Notes under the pieces: model-generated | What the model was told of the DNA's origin: nothing | Database searches by the model: none | The model's input: only the letters and a program-made list of their open reading frames with translations | Shown: one piece after another, positions 19,821 to 28,504 of the stretch | Layout: every line of letters begins with the position of its first letter | Numbering within the stretch: position 1 is the first letter of the stretch | Origin: Dethiobacter alkaliphilus | Lineage (GTDB): Bacteria > Bacillota > Dethiobacteria > DTU022 > UBA8154 | Direction of reading: 5' to 3' | DNA length: 64,000 nucleotides | NCBI GenBank assembly: GCA_016841605.1 | Contig: JAENYV010000001.1 | Span: 165,553 to 229,552 of the forward strand | Program-made: the position numbers and the translations under genes

Positions 19821-20189
19821 CTATTCTCTTTCTATTACACAGTTATAATTATTTCCAAATTTAGACTTATAAATAGCTGACGTAACAGCTGCTATTCCGC
19901 AGAGGACACCCAAAGTAACCATGGAATATACTACCCATGTGCTTCCCCCCGCCACATTTTCTAATTCCTCATCACTTAATTCTCCTTCATTTTGGGCTTG
20001 CCGGACTGCTTCCGTGATGTACGTATAGAAGTCTTCTTCTGTAAACCGGAGGCCCTGTTTTTCTCCTATTTTGATTATTTCTTTGATCACTTCTTCGTTC
20101 ATTTCGCTGTGCAAATTTTTTAGTTGCTCTTGCAGACTTTCATCCCCGGCCACTTTTTCTAATAATAACTTCACATTCTCTACTGCCAT
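19821..20189 (-). CDS. lanA: Nif11-type leader lanthipeptide precursor (LanA)
   Basis: The leader MAVENVKLLLEKVAGDESLQEQLKNL...FTEEDF...ELSDEELENVAGG matches the Nif11/N11P leader architecture and ends in a double-Gly cleavage motif. The 40-aa core STWVVYSMVTLGVLCGIAAVTSAIYKSKFGNNYNCVIERE has 7 Ser/Thr and 2 Cys. AAGGAG RBS. It lies 87 nt downstream of lanM. Confidence 0.8.
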   Translation of the reverse strand: MAVENVKLLLEKVAGDESLQEQLKNLHSEMNEEVIKEIIKIGEKQGLRFTEEDFYTYITEAVRQAQNEGELSDEELENVAGGSTWVVYSMVTLGVLCGIAAVTSAIYKSKFGNNYNCVIERE

Positions 20190-20276
20190 ACTGTTATCAT
20201 CTCCTTGTAAACTGTAAATAGTGTAATTTCTAAAGGTATATACGAAAAAACGTCTATTCTATTACAGGGTCTATTT

Positions 20277-23200
20277 TTACGTTAGAATACTTGGTATACC
20301 CTCTCTGTTGAAAAGGCGCAACAGTTCATATCCTATTCCGGCCAGGCCCTGAAATAAGGAGGGATTAAACAAAGCCCCCGCCTCTTTATCCTCCCCGTGG
20401 AAGACATAATGTCCCAATTTCCTCTTACGCTGCAGCATCCAGCTTAGCCTCTTTCCGGCTTCCGTCAATAGTTCCGGTTGATTCAGCCTGTGGCCGGCTT
20501 CGATCAGCAGTTCAATCCGGCCTCCATTGCCGCAACAGATATGGTCGCTGTAATACGGAGGATAATTTAAGGTAAAGGTAAGGGCATTAGCAATATCCTC
20601 GTGCACTTTTTGTGTATGATGAACGGAAAGAGTGCCCAATCTTGCCAAGCCGATTCCCGGTGCCCCGCTGCACCACCCTGCCATGAAAGCTTTTTCTCCT
20701 TTCTTTAAATTCGGGTTTTTTCGTAAATCCGGCCAGTTGTTTTTCTCCCGGTCATACAAGGTATCTTCGTGATGGAGCGCCTCTTCGGCTGCATGATAAT
20801 ACCTGTCCTCCCCCGTGATTTGATAGAGCCTTAATAAAGAATTGGCAATTCCTGCGGAGCCGTGCCCCATTCCTGTCAAGGGCGCAGTTCCCATGCCCGT
20901 ATCCCAGACCTGCTGACCCGAAGCAGCTCTGACCCGCTGTTTTAAAAGGTGTTCCCCGCATGTTTCGGATAAAGATAATACCTTTGGTGATTTTTCCTGA
21001 GTGTATAGTTGCGTCAGGACAGAAAGGAGGCCTGCACATCCTCCCAATATATCCAGATGAGCGTCTTCCCTAATTTGTCCCTGTTCCAACCTGCTAATTA
21101 TCGTAGAGATATCTTTTTGAAAAGAAGAATCTCCTAAAAAGTTGCCAATCAGAATGAGAGACTTTAATATTCCGGCAAGGCCGTTTCCCAGACCCAGGGG
21201 CAAGCGATGGAGAGGAAGGGGGTTAGAGGGATCATGCAATTGGTTTCTGAATTTTTCTAATGCTTTGAGCGTATCATGTTTAATTTGTTTTTTTCCGGTA
21301 CAGTGATACAGGGCTGCCATAAAAACGGCGATCCCCAAAATTCCATCATATAGCAGCGGACCGATAAGGTCTAAAGCCATCTTCTGCGTTTGGATATCAT
21401 GTTGCCTGACCACCCAGGTAAAATCTCCATCCGCCCCTTCAATCCTCCGCTCCATAATATGGCGATAAATGTTTAGGGCTTCTTCCAACAGAGTTTCGTT
21501 ATCTATGGGGAGAATATCTTCTACTTTTGTGGATAGTATACGATCTCCACCTGCTGCCTCTTCCCCATGGGAGGTGACTTCATGCATAGATAAGGATGAA
21601 AGGATTAAGTTCATTTGCAGCTTTTTATCTTGGGGGTTCATTCCTTTAAGCAATTTCTGCGCTCTGTCTGTGGCGCTTTGCCAAAAATATTGACCGTATA
21701 AATAACCCCTATGATCCTGTACTGATAGGTCGCCGGCATCACCGAAGAAAACCGGAATATCCCTTTGTTCCAGTGCATCTCTTTCAGAAAGATATATCTT
21801 CCAGAGTTCTTTTAATTTGGCTGCAGGGGCAGATAATAGATAAGCACTGCCCATCCTTTCCAGTTCAAAGGAATAGTCAAGCCCGGTCCGGAGGTAAGCC
21901 GGGTGTGTCGTATGATGCAATAGATCCGCATAGATCTGTGTGGATCTGATCAGAAAGCGAAACCGGCAGTCCTGAAACTTGCGGAAAGGGGAAGCTTCGA
22001 GGAGTGTGTCTCTATGTTGAAGCAGGAAATCATAGATCGTCGCAAAACCCTGGAGAATCTCTTCCCGATAGCGGCTGCTTTGCTGCTTTTCTCCTTGATA
22101 CAGGGGAAGATTTTTCATTCTGTCATTATTAGCGGTCAATGCTCCGATATCTTGCGTATTCCCATTTCCGTCCATCCGCCAAACAGGTAAAAGCCCTATC
22201 CGGAGGACGGAATCACCAAGCATATTCAGGGCCTTCTGTATACCGTCCAAACCCTGTTCAGCTTCAGTTAGCTGAAAAGGCCTTACCCGGTGAAGCAAAA
22301 GCGTTTCCAGGTCGATCAAAACAGGATGGGAACCCCAGGCAATGAGGTTTTCACAGTGAAAATCATTTCCTCCCAGGGCATAAACCAACCCCAGCAGAAC
22401 ACCTCCCCGGTAATAAAATTCTCTCACTTCTTTTTCTTCCTCAACAGGTTTTTGCTCGATGTACTCCACCCAGCCGCGGCTTCCTCGATCCAACAGCAAG
22501 GGAGTCCTGAAATAACATGGGAAGCCTTTTTCTCCGAGCCACTCCAGCAGTTCGTCCCAGATCCGATCAATCTGCAGGCTTCTGGGTTTAAAGACTATTT
22601 TTACCCCCGAAGAGAACGTCAAAGCCTTTACACATCTTCCTTGTTGATGGAAATCGGAGAGGTTGTCTTCAACGCGGTTAATTTGTCCTAAAGGCCGGCT
22701 ATTATTAAATATTTTTTCCAGTTTTACCCTGTCTTCTTCCAAAAATTTGACCAATTCCCGGATCGCCTCGGCCCAATTGTTCACTGCTGTTACCAGCAGT
22801 CTGGCGAGAACGGGATACTCCATAAAATGCTCCTTCCATTCTCCCCCCAGCATCTCATTTGTAAAAGCGTGCAGATGCTTTCTATATTCCTTTTCCGTAG
22901 GTTTCATTTCCAGAAAGCAGTAGAGGGGGTTTTTCTTCAGAAAAGACGTGCTGAATTTGTTTAAAAGGGTATTAAAACAGAGTGAACTCAAGGTTTTAAG
23001 CAGCCCGTCATGGAGATGATGCAGGGCGTTGCAGGTGAAGGCGGCTGCCCTGCTTCCCAATCCTGCTGCGAGCTTCTGTGCTGCATAGGCAATGAAAGGG
23101 GAAAAACAGGGAGAAAAGGATAGGGGAGAGAGGGTATATGTTTTATCTTTTTCTTCTTCTTCTTCTTCTTCTTCAAAGCATTGCACAGCCGGTATTTCCG

Positions 23201-23546
23201 ATTCTGACGCCGGAAAAAAGTGAAATATTGTCTCAATTTCTCTCACCCATGCAGGAAGGGGATATTTCGTATTCCATATAACAGCGCCTGTCAGTGTTTC
23301 TGCTTGTTCCAGGGTAATATCCTCTGCTGACAATCTTTTTGCAAAAGCCGCCTTGCCCCCGTTTCCCCCGGCTTTTTGCATCCACCTGTCAATTTGCCGG
23401 ACAGATCCTGCGGCAGATCCTTTGGAAATTGTCATTCCCTGAAGCCGTTCTTTGAGAAAAGCAGCCCTGGCTGCCAGTTCATTCTGTTGTTCTGTTGTTA
23501 AGAACATAATATCAACCAGCCTCTCTCCGGTCCCCTTAAGAGCCAT
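20277..23546 (-). CDS. lanM: Class II lanthipeptide synthetase LanM (dehydratase + LanC-like cyclase)
   Basis: 1089 aa. The N-terminal DUF4135-like region contains VKIVFKPRSLQIDRIWDELLEWL. The C-terminal LanC-like region has GHGSAGIA, the zinc-ligand motifs AGWCSGAPGIGLA and HICCGNGG, and GLAGIGYELL. Confidence 0.9.
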   Translation of the reverse strand: MALKGTGERLVDIMFLTTEQQNELAARAAFLKERLQGMTISKGSAAGSVRQIDRWMQKAGGNGGKAAFAKRLSAEDITLEQAETLTGAVIWNTKYPLPAWVREIETIFHFFPASESEIPAVQCFEEEEEEEEKDKTYTLSPLSFSPCFSPFIAYAAQKLAAGLGSRAAAFTCNALHHLHDGLLKTLSSLCFNTLLNKFSTSFLKKNPLYCFLEMKPTEKEYRKHLHAFTNEMLGGEWKEHFMEYPVLARLLVTAVNNWAEAIRELVKFLEEDRVKLEKIFNNSRPLGQINRVEDNLSDFHQQGRCVKALTFSSGVKIVFKPRSLQIDRIWDELLEWLGEKGFPCYFRTPLLLDRGSRGWVEYIEQKPVEEEKEVREFYYRGGVLLGLVYALGGNDFHCENLIAWGSHPVLIDLETLLLHRVRPFQLTEAEQGLDGIQKALNMLGDSVLRIGLLPVWRMDGNGNTQDIGALTANNDRMKNLPLYQGEKQQSSRYREEILQGFATIYDFLLQHRDTLLEASPFRKFQDCRFRFLIRSTQIYADLLHHTTHPAYLRTGLDYSFELERMGSAYLLSAPAAKLKELWKIYLSERDALEQRDIPVFFGDAGDLSVQDHRGYLYGQYFWQSATDRAQKLLKGMNPQDKKLQMNLILSSLSMHEVTSHGEEAAGGDRILSTKVEDILPIDNETLLEEALNIYRHIMERRIEGADGDFTWVVRQHDIQTQKMALDLIGPLLYDGILGIAVFMAALYHCTGKKQIKHDTLKALEKFRNQLHDPSNPLPLHRLPLGLGNGLAGILKSLILIGNFLGDSSFQKDISTIISRLEQGQIREDAHLDILGGCAGLLSVLTQLYTQEKSPKVLSLSETCGEHLLKQRVRAASGQQVWDTGMGTAPLTGMGHGSAGIANSLLRLYQITGEDRYYHAAEEALHHEDTLYDREKNNWPDLRKNPNLKKGEKAFMAGWCSGAPGIGLARLGTLSVHHTQKVHEDIANALTFTLNYPPYYSDHICCGNGGRIELLIEAGHRLNQPELLTEAGKRLSWMLQRKRKLGHYVFHGEDKEAGALFNPSLFQGLAGIGYELLRLFNREGIPSILT
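23151..23174. repeat. (TTC)8 / (GAA)8 microsatellite inside lanM (encodes Glu8)
   Basis: Eight perfect TTC units on the + strand. They translate as FEEEEEEEEKDK in LanM. Confidence 0.95.
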
Positions 23547-23705
23547 GGGAATGAAGAGTCATGAAGACGGTTCCATTGTCTTCCCTTCGGACCTCTTCTT
23601 CGCTTCGGTGACGCTCGAACCGTCCCCTTGGCTTAAGTCAACCGGTTTAACTAAATATATACGGTGCCGTTATTTACTGCAAACCGACAAGTTGGCAAAA
23701 ACATT

Positions 23706-23730
23706 TTATTCCATATAAATTATGGAATAA
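23706..23730. promoter_or_regulatory. Perfect 10-bp inverted repeat in the lanM / methyltransferase divergent intergenic region (operator candidate)
   Basis: TTATTCCATA-taaat-TATGGAATAA, AT-rich, located 160 nt from the lanM start and 236 nt from the 23966 start. Confidence 0.4.
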
Positions 23731-23965
23731 AAACGAATGGAGAGCAAGGGGCAATTTAACAAAGCTAAACGGATACGGGTCATTTTAGCAGGTCAGGGCG
23801 GTATGTATGGCTCTAAAAAGCAAAATAAATATGCAGCTAATCCTGATCCGAGCTTTTCTACAAAAAATTCATTAAGTTTATCAAAATATGGAGGTTTTTC
23901 TATTTTTAATGTAGAATGGGAAATAAAAGAGAGGTACATTAATTAATTTCAATAATAAGTAAATT

Positions 23966-24781
23966 ATGCTAAATAACGGCAGAATATTGGGGAGACAAAC
24001 CTCAGGAGTGCAACTTGACATGGAAGTGGAGAAAGCATTATGGAAAGTATATGCCACCGTCTATGACGGTATCCTGTTGCGTTTCCTACCATACCTTACA
24101 TTGCTTGGCCGGGTGAAGGAAGCCCTGGGTGTGAAGGATAGGCGGCGAGTGCTTGATGCCGGCTGCGGGACGGGTAATTTAATACAATCTATGATTAAAT
24201 CGTCTGTAAGTATTTCCATAGTCGGTATTGATTTTGACAGAGCCATGCTGGAGCGAGCCAGGGCTAAAATTGGAGTAAACGGCCGAGTTACCCTTCGGAA
24301 AGGAAGTTTGGATCACCCTTTACCCTTTGCGAACGAGGAGTTTGACGGTATTGCCTGTGTCAATGTTCTCTATGCCTTAGCCGACCCCTCCCACTTTATG
24401 AAGGAATGCCGGAGGGTTTTAAAGGCAAAAGGGAAAATGGTCCTGGTCACGCCACCGGAACAACCGAAGATGGGACCTGTTTTTTGGGAACATCTTCAGG
24501 CGCTGGGGCAAAAGCAAAAGTATCCCCTCTTTCGGTTTTTTACCCTCTGCTGTCTGATGCTCCAATTGAGCCCATCCTTAGTGCCTTTCTTGTTCATCAA
24601 CCGTATCATCCAGGGTCAAAGTTCGTTTACCTTTTTCGGCGAAAAGGAGCTTATCTCACTGGTAACCCGATGCGGTTTTTTAATTCAAAAGCTGGAAAAA
24701 GCTTACGGAGGACAGGCCTGGTTTCTTGTTTGCATAAAACCGGCAAATGCTGAGGACGGCATTGCAGGGAAAGGAGCATAA
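23966..24781 (+). CDS. Class I SAM-dependent methyltransferase with hydrophobic C-terminal segment
   Basis: Motif I VLDAGCGTGNL and the post-I acidic residue (VGIDFD). Motif II-like FDGIACVNVLYAL. A late hydrophobic stretch reads FRFFTLCCLMLQLSPSLVPFLFI. Confidence 0.8.
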   Translation: MLNNGRILGRQTSGVQLDMEVEKALWKVYATVYDGILLRFLPYLTLLGRVKEALGVKDRRRVLDAGCGTGNLIQSMIKSSVSISIVGIDFDRAMLERARAKIGVNGRVTLRKGSLDHPLPFANEEFDGIACVNVLYALADPSHFMKECRRVLKAKGKMVLVTPPEQPKMGPVFWEHLQALGQKQKYPLFRFFTLCCLMLQLSPSLVPFLFINRIIQGQSSFTFFGEKELISLVTRCGFLIQKLEKAYGGQAWFLVCIKPANAEDGIAGKGA

Positions 24782-24782
24782 G

Positions 24783-26006
24783 ATGAAAAGCGTGGTCATA
24801 ACGGGGCTTGGGGTAGTAGCACCAAACGGCCTGGGCAAAGAAGCCTACTGGCATGCTCTGGCAAACGGTAAATCGGGGATACGATCCATTAGTAAATTTG
24901 ACCCTTCTCCCTTTCCCTGCCGCATTGCCGGAGAAATCCCGGCAGAATGGTTCGCGGAAAAGGGACTTGCCTCGGGGGGAGAAGAATATTCCTGGAGCAC
25001 AATTTATGCTCTCCAGGCAGCCAGGCTGGCCCTCAAGGATGCCATGCTCAGCTCTGAAGCGATAAAAGACTGCTCCACCGGTGTTTACATGGGGATCAGC
25101 AGCACCGACATGGGAGTTGTACAGGATGAATATGCGGTTTTTCAAAAAAATAAAACAACTTCTGCCGGAGCAATCGCGGCGTCTTTTCCCCATGCACCGG
25201 CAAGTCAACTGGCGAAGGAAATTAACTGTGCGGGAAATGTGTTTACCGTTTCCACAGGGTGTTCTTCCGGGCTGAACAGCCTTATTCTGGCAGCCGAGAG
25301 TATTATACACGGCGAAGCGGAAGTTGTGCTGGCCGGAGGGGTGGATGCCCCCCTAACACCCCTGCTCCTGGCAGGTTTTTGTGCCACAGGTTTACTCCCC
25401 ACCAGCTTTAATGATACTCCGGAAACAGCCAGCCGACCTTTTGATGCAAAGCGACAGGGGGGAGTACTCTCGGAGGGTGCCGGGGTCCTGGTCTTGGAAG
25501 AGGAGGAGGGTGCCCGGCGGCGTGGCGCCCCCCTTTATGCCAGGATAAGCGGGTGGGGAGCGACCAACACCTTTTCTCCAACCGGTTTGCGCGCTTCCTC
25601 CAATGAGTGTATTATTCAGGCTTTGCATAGCGCGGGCCTTAAACCGGAACAAATTGATTATATCAGTGCCCATTCCCCCGGGGACCCTGTCATGGACCGG
25701 GTGGAAACCCGGGTTATTAAGGAAGTGTGGGGTAAATATGCCTACAATATTCCGGTAAGTTCCGTCAAATCCATGATCGGCAACCCCCTGGCGGCATCAG
25801 GACCGTTGCAGACGATCGCAACGGTCCTGGCACTGCAAAACCAGTTTATTCCGCCGACCGTGAATTACCGTTATCCCGATCACCGCTGCGACCTCGATTA
25901 TGTCCCGAATACGGGGCGGGTTGCCAGGGTTGCCAGGGCCTTAATCAATGTACAGGGGTTTGGCGGTGGGATTACAGCTTTGGTTATCAGCAAACCTTCA
26001 ATATAA
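24783..26006 (+). CDS. Stand-alone beta-ketoacyl synthase (FabF/KAS-II fold) with atypical Cys-His-Asn triad
   Basis: The ATG after AAGGAGCATAAG is preferred over the listed 24747. Sequence runs MKSVVITGLGVVAPNG.. with active-site Cys in FTVSTGCSSGLNS and first His in ISAHSPGD. The position of the second His (KSMxGH in FabF) reads KSMIGNPLAASG (codon AAC 25782-25784). Confidence 0.8.
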   Translation: MKSVVITGLGVVAPNGLGKEAYWHALANGKSGIRSISKFDPSPFPCRIAGEIPAEWFAEKGLASGGEEYSWSTIYALQAARLALKDAMLSSEAIKDCSTGVYMGISSTDMGVVQDEYAVFQKNKTTSAGAIAASFPHAPASQLAKEINCAGNVFTVSTGCSSGLNSLILAAESIIHGEAEVVLAGGVDAPLTPLLLAGFCATGLLPTSFNDTPETASRPFDAKRQGGVLSEGAGVLVLEEEEGARRRGAPLYARISGWGATNTFSPTGLRASSNECIIQALHSAGLKPEQIDYISAHSPGDPVMDRVETRVIKEVWGKYAYNIPVSSVKSMIGNPLAASGPLQTIATVLALQNQFIPPTVNYRYPDHRCDLDYVPNTGRVARVARALINVQGFGGGITALVISKPSI

Positions 26007-26028
26007 TTTTGGGAGCGGGTTATATCTT

Positions 26029-28500
26029 TTGACAAATCCAAACATCTGGCTATTATCTATTATAGCTTTGGCGAACTTAACGCTGGGTTTGCTGGTTCTC
26101 CTAAAAAACCGCCGGGGGACGTTGAACCGCCTTTTATTCAGGTTGAGTATCAGCGCCGCTCTCTGGAGCCTGACGGTTTTGTTCATCGTGTCACATCATG
26201 ATTATCCCATAGTCCTGTTTTGGGTCCGGGCATCCCATGCGGCAGCTATTATTATCCCCTGGCATATCCTTCTTATAGCTTTTGCCGTAGCCGGAATTAA
26301 TCCCCGGCAGCAAAGATGGGCCGGGTTTGTCAGTCTATGCTGTTTTCTCCTCGTTTTCCTCTCCTTTACTCCGGCTATTATCCGCGGCCTGGATTTACCT
26401 TTGGAAAACAAAGATATAGTATTGGGATTTCTTTACCCTTTTTATTCGCTTTTTTTCCTGGGCGTAATACTGGCTGCTCTGGGGAAGTTATTCCGGCAGC
26501 TTCGCTCTGCCAGGGGACTGTTGCGTTTGCAGCTGCGTTACCTTTTCTGGGGAATTGCCATATCACTGGTGCTCGGCAGCTTATCCAATATGTTGTTGCC
26601 TTTAATGGGGATTACAGCAGTAGACCTGCGACCCTTCGGTCCCACTTTCAGCATCATCATGATTGGAGCTATCAGCTATGCTATTATTAAATACCGGCTG
26701 ATGGACATCCGCCTTGTTGTCCGTAACGGCCTGGCCATCGTCATGACTGCCCTTATTTTTAGCGTAGCTTTTGGGCTGGTTTTTTCTTTGCTCCAGTGGG
26801 TGGAACTGCTTGCGACCACAAACTTTGTCCTGGTGGTCGTCGTATTTATTGTTGCCTTTTTCTTTGGACCTCTAAGGATTAAAGTGCAGAAGATCGTTGA
26901 TAAATACTTCTTCCGGGGAGCCTATGACTACCATGCTTCTTTGTTAAAAATCGGCAAAGATATGGTTTCTTTGCTCAGACTGGAGAAGCTTATTACTGTT
27001 ATTTCCCAAAACTTGTTTGAAAAAATGATGCTGGAAAACTGTTCTTTTTTTAGACAGAGTAAAGAAGGGGAGTTTGTTTTATCTGCCTTTTATTGTTCCA
27101 ATGAAGGAAATGTCTTTTCCCAGGAAGCGGTTATTTCCCGGGAAAACCCCCTTGTACAGTTTTTAAATGAAAAGGCGGAACTCTTTTTTATTACGGATAT
27201 CCCTGACATTGCGCCGCCGGAAGACAGAGAATCCCTATCCCGGGCCATGCAGGATTTGCGTGGTGAAGTTGCTATTCCCATCATCCTGGATAATAAATTG
27301 GAAGGTATCTTTCTGCTTGGTCCCAAGCTTTCCGGTGAACCGTATTCCATGAAGGACGGGAATATCCTGACAGCCCTGACCGCGCAGCTAACTGTAGCAT
27401 GGCGAAATGCTCAGCTCTATCAGGAGGTTCTGGCTGTTAAACAGCACCTGGAAAATGTTTTGGAAAATATGGGTAATGCTTTAATCGCTGTTAATTGTGA
27501 GGGTCTGGTAACACTGTTTAACAGTGCTGCAGAGCATTTTACCGGCTTCAAGGCGGAAAATATTTTAGGAAGAAAAGCAGAGGACATTTTACCCGGCGGC
27601 CTCAGCAAGCTTTTTATGCAGGCCCTTGCGGAACAACAGGATCTAAAAGAAGTGGAGCAGGTTTTTTCCGATAACGAAAGGGAAATGCACTTTTCCTGCA
27701 GCATTACGCTGGTTGGGTCTGCTGAATCCCGGGAAAAAGGGGCAATTATGGTACTTAGCGATGTAACTCGAATTAAAGAGCTGGAAAAAGAAAAAGCTCA
27801 GGCACTCAGGCTGGCTTCCCTGGGTGAAGTTGCTGCGGGCATGGCTCACGAAATTAAAAACCCCCTGGTTTCCATTAAAACTTTTGCCGAGTTATTACCC
27901 GAGAAATACAATGACCATGAGTTTCGTCATACTTTTTCTCACATTGTCATTCAAGAGATCGAACGGATCAATACGCTTATTTTACGGCTGCTGGATTTAA
28001 CGGCAGATCCGTCTCTCATCTTTCAAAAAACAAAGCTCCAAGACCTCATGGATGAAGTTCTTTTTCTCTTGTCTCCATACCTGGAGACGTTTAAGATCTC
28101 CCTGATGAAGGAATATTATTCCAGGATCCCTCCTGTAAATGTTGATCGCAGCCATATTAAGCAGGCTCTCTTCAACATTTGCCTAAACGGCGTACAGGCC
28201 ATGGGGGAAGGCGGAAATTTAAATATTCGGCTTATGCCCGTTTGGCAGGAAAACCTTAATCAGACCGGGCCGGACGATAAAGAGGAAGTAAAGATCATCA
28301 TCAAGGATACAGGGCCGGGTATTCCCGGAGAGATAGCACAGAGGATTTTTGATCCCTTCTTTACCACCAAGGCCGATGGTATGGGGATGGGTCTTGCCCT
28401 CAGTCATAAAATTATCTCAGCTCACGGAGGAGCCATACAGTTCAGCAGTAATGGTGCAGGAACCATGTTTGAAATATCCATTCCCGTATTGTCGGAATGA
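26029..28500 (+). CDS. Sensor histidine kinase: N-terminal 7TM-type membrane domain - GAF-like - PAS - HisKA - HATPase_c
   Basis: The start is uncertain. TTG 26029 after GGGAG is preferred over the listed 25948, which would overlap the KS gene by 59 nt. About 8 hydrophobic helices. H-box [16 protein letters not shown]-box [12 protein letters not shown]1 IKDTGPGIP and G2 GMGMGLALS. Confidence 0.85.
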   Translation: MTNPNIWLLSIIALANLTLGLLVLLKNRRGTLNRLLFRLSISAALWSLTVLFIVSHHDYPIVLFWVRASHAAAIIIPWHILLIAFAVAGINPRQQRWAGFVSLCCFLLVFLSFTPAIIRGLDLPLENKDIVLGFLYPFYSLFFLGVILAALGKLFRQLRSARGLLRLQLRYLFWGIAISLVLGSLSNMLLPLMGITAVDLRPFGPTFSIIMIGAISYAIIKYRLMDIRLVVRNGLAIVMTALIFSVAFGLVFSLLQWVELLATTNFVLVVVVFIVAFFFGPLRIKVQKIVDKYFFRGAYDYHASLLKIGKDMVSLLRLEKLITVISQNLFEKMMLENCSFFRQSKEGEFVLSAFYCSNEGNVFSQEAVISRENPLVQFLNEKAELFFITDIPDIAPPEDRESLSRAMQDLRGEVAIPIILDNKLEGIFLLGPKLSGEPYSMKDGNILTALTAQLTVAWRNAQLYQEVLAVKQHLENVLENMGNALIAVNCEGLVTLFNSAAEHFTGFKAENILGRKAEDILPGGLSKLFMQALAEQQDLKEVEQVFSDNEREMHFSCSITLVGSAESREKGAIMVLSDVTRIKELEKEKAQALRLASLGEVAAGMAHEIKNPLVSIKTFAELLPEKYNDHEFRHTFSHIVIQEIERINTLILRLLDLTADPSLIFQKTKLQDLMDEVLFLLSPYLETFKISLMKEYYSRIPPVNVDRSHIKQALFNICLNGVQAMGEGGNLNIRLMPVWQENLNQTGPDDKEEVKIIIKDTGPGIPGEIAQRIFDPFFTTKADGMGMGLALSHKIISAHGGAIQFSSNGAGTMFEISIPVLSE

Positions 28501-28504
28501 AAGG

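Noticed and set aside
23737-23946. 69-aa ORF in the lanM / methyltransferase intergenic region
   Set aside because: It has no RBS, a Lys/Asn-rich low-complexity translation from AT-rich DNA, and no resemblance to a second precursor peptide (no Nif11 leader or GG motif). It is probably non-coding.
25948-26028. Listed ATG start at 25948 for the histidine kinase (59-nt overlap with the KS gene)
   Set aside because: The overlap segment translates to a non-hydrophobic peptide preceding the first TM helix. A TTG at 26029 follows a GGGAG RBS just after the KS stop. The start remains uncertain, so it is flagged in the feature entry rather than reported as an overlap finding.
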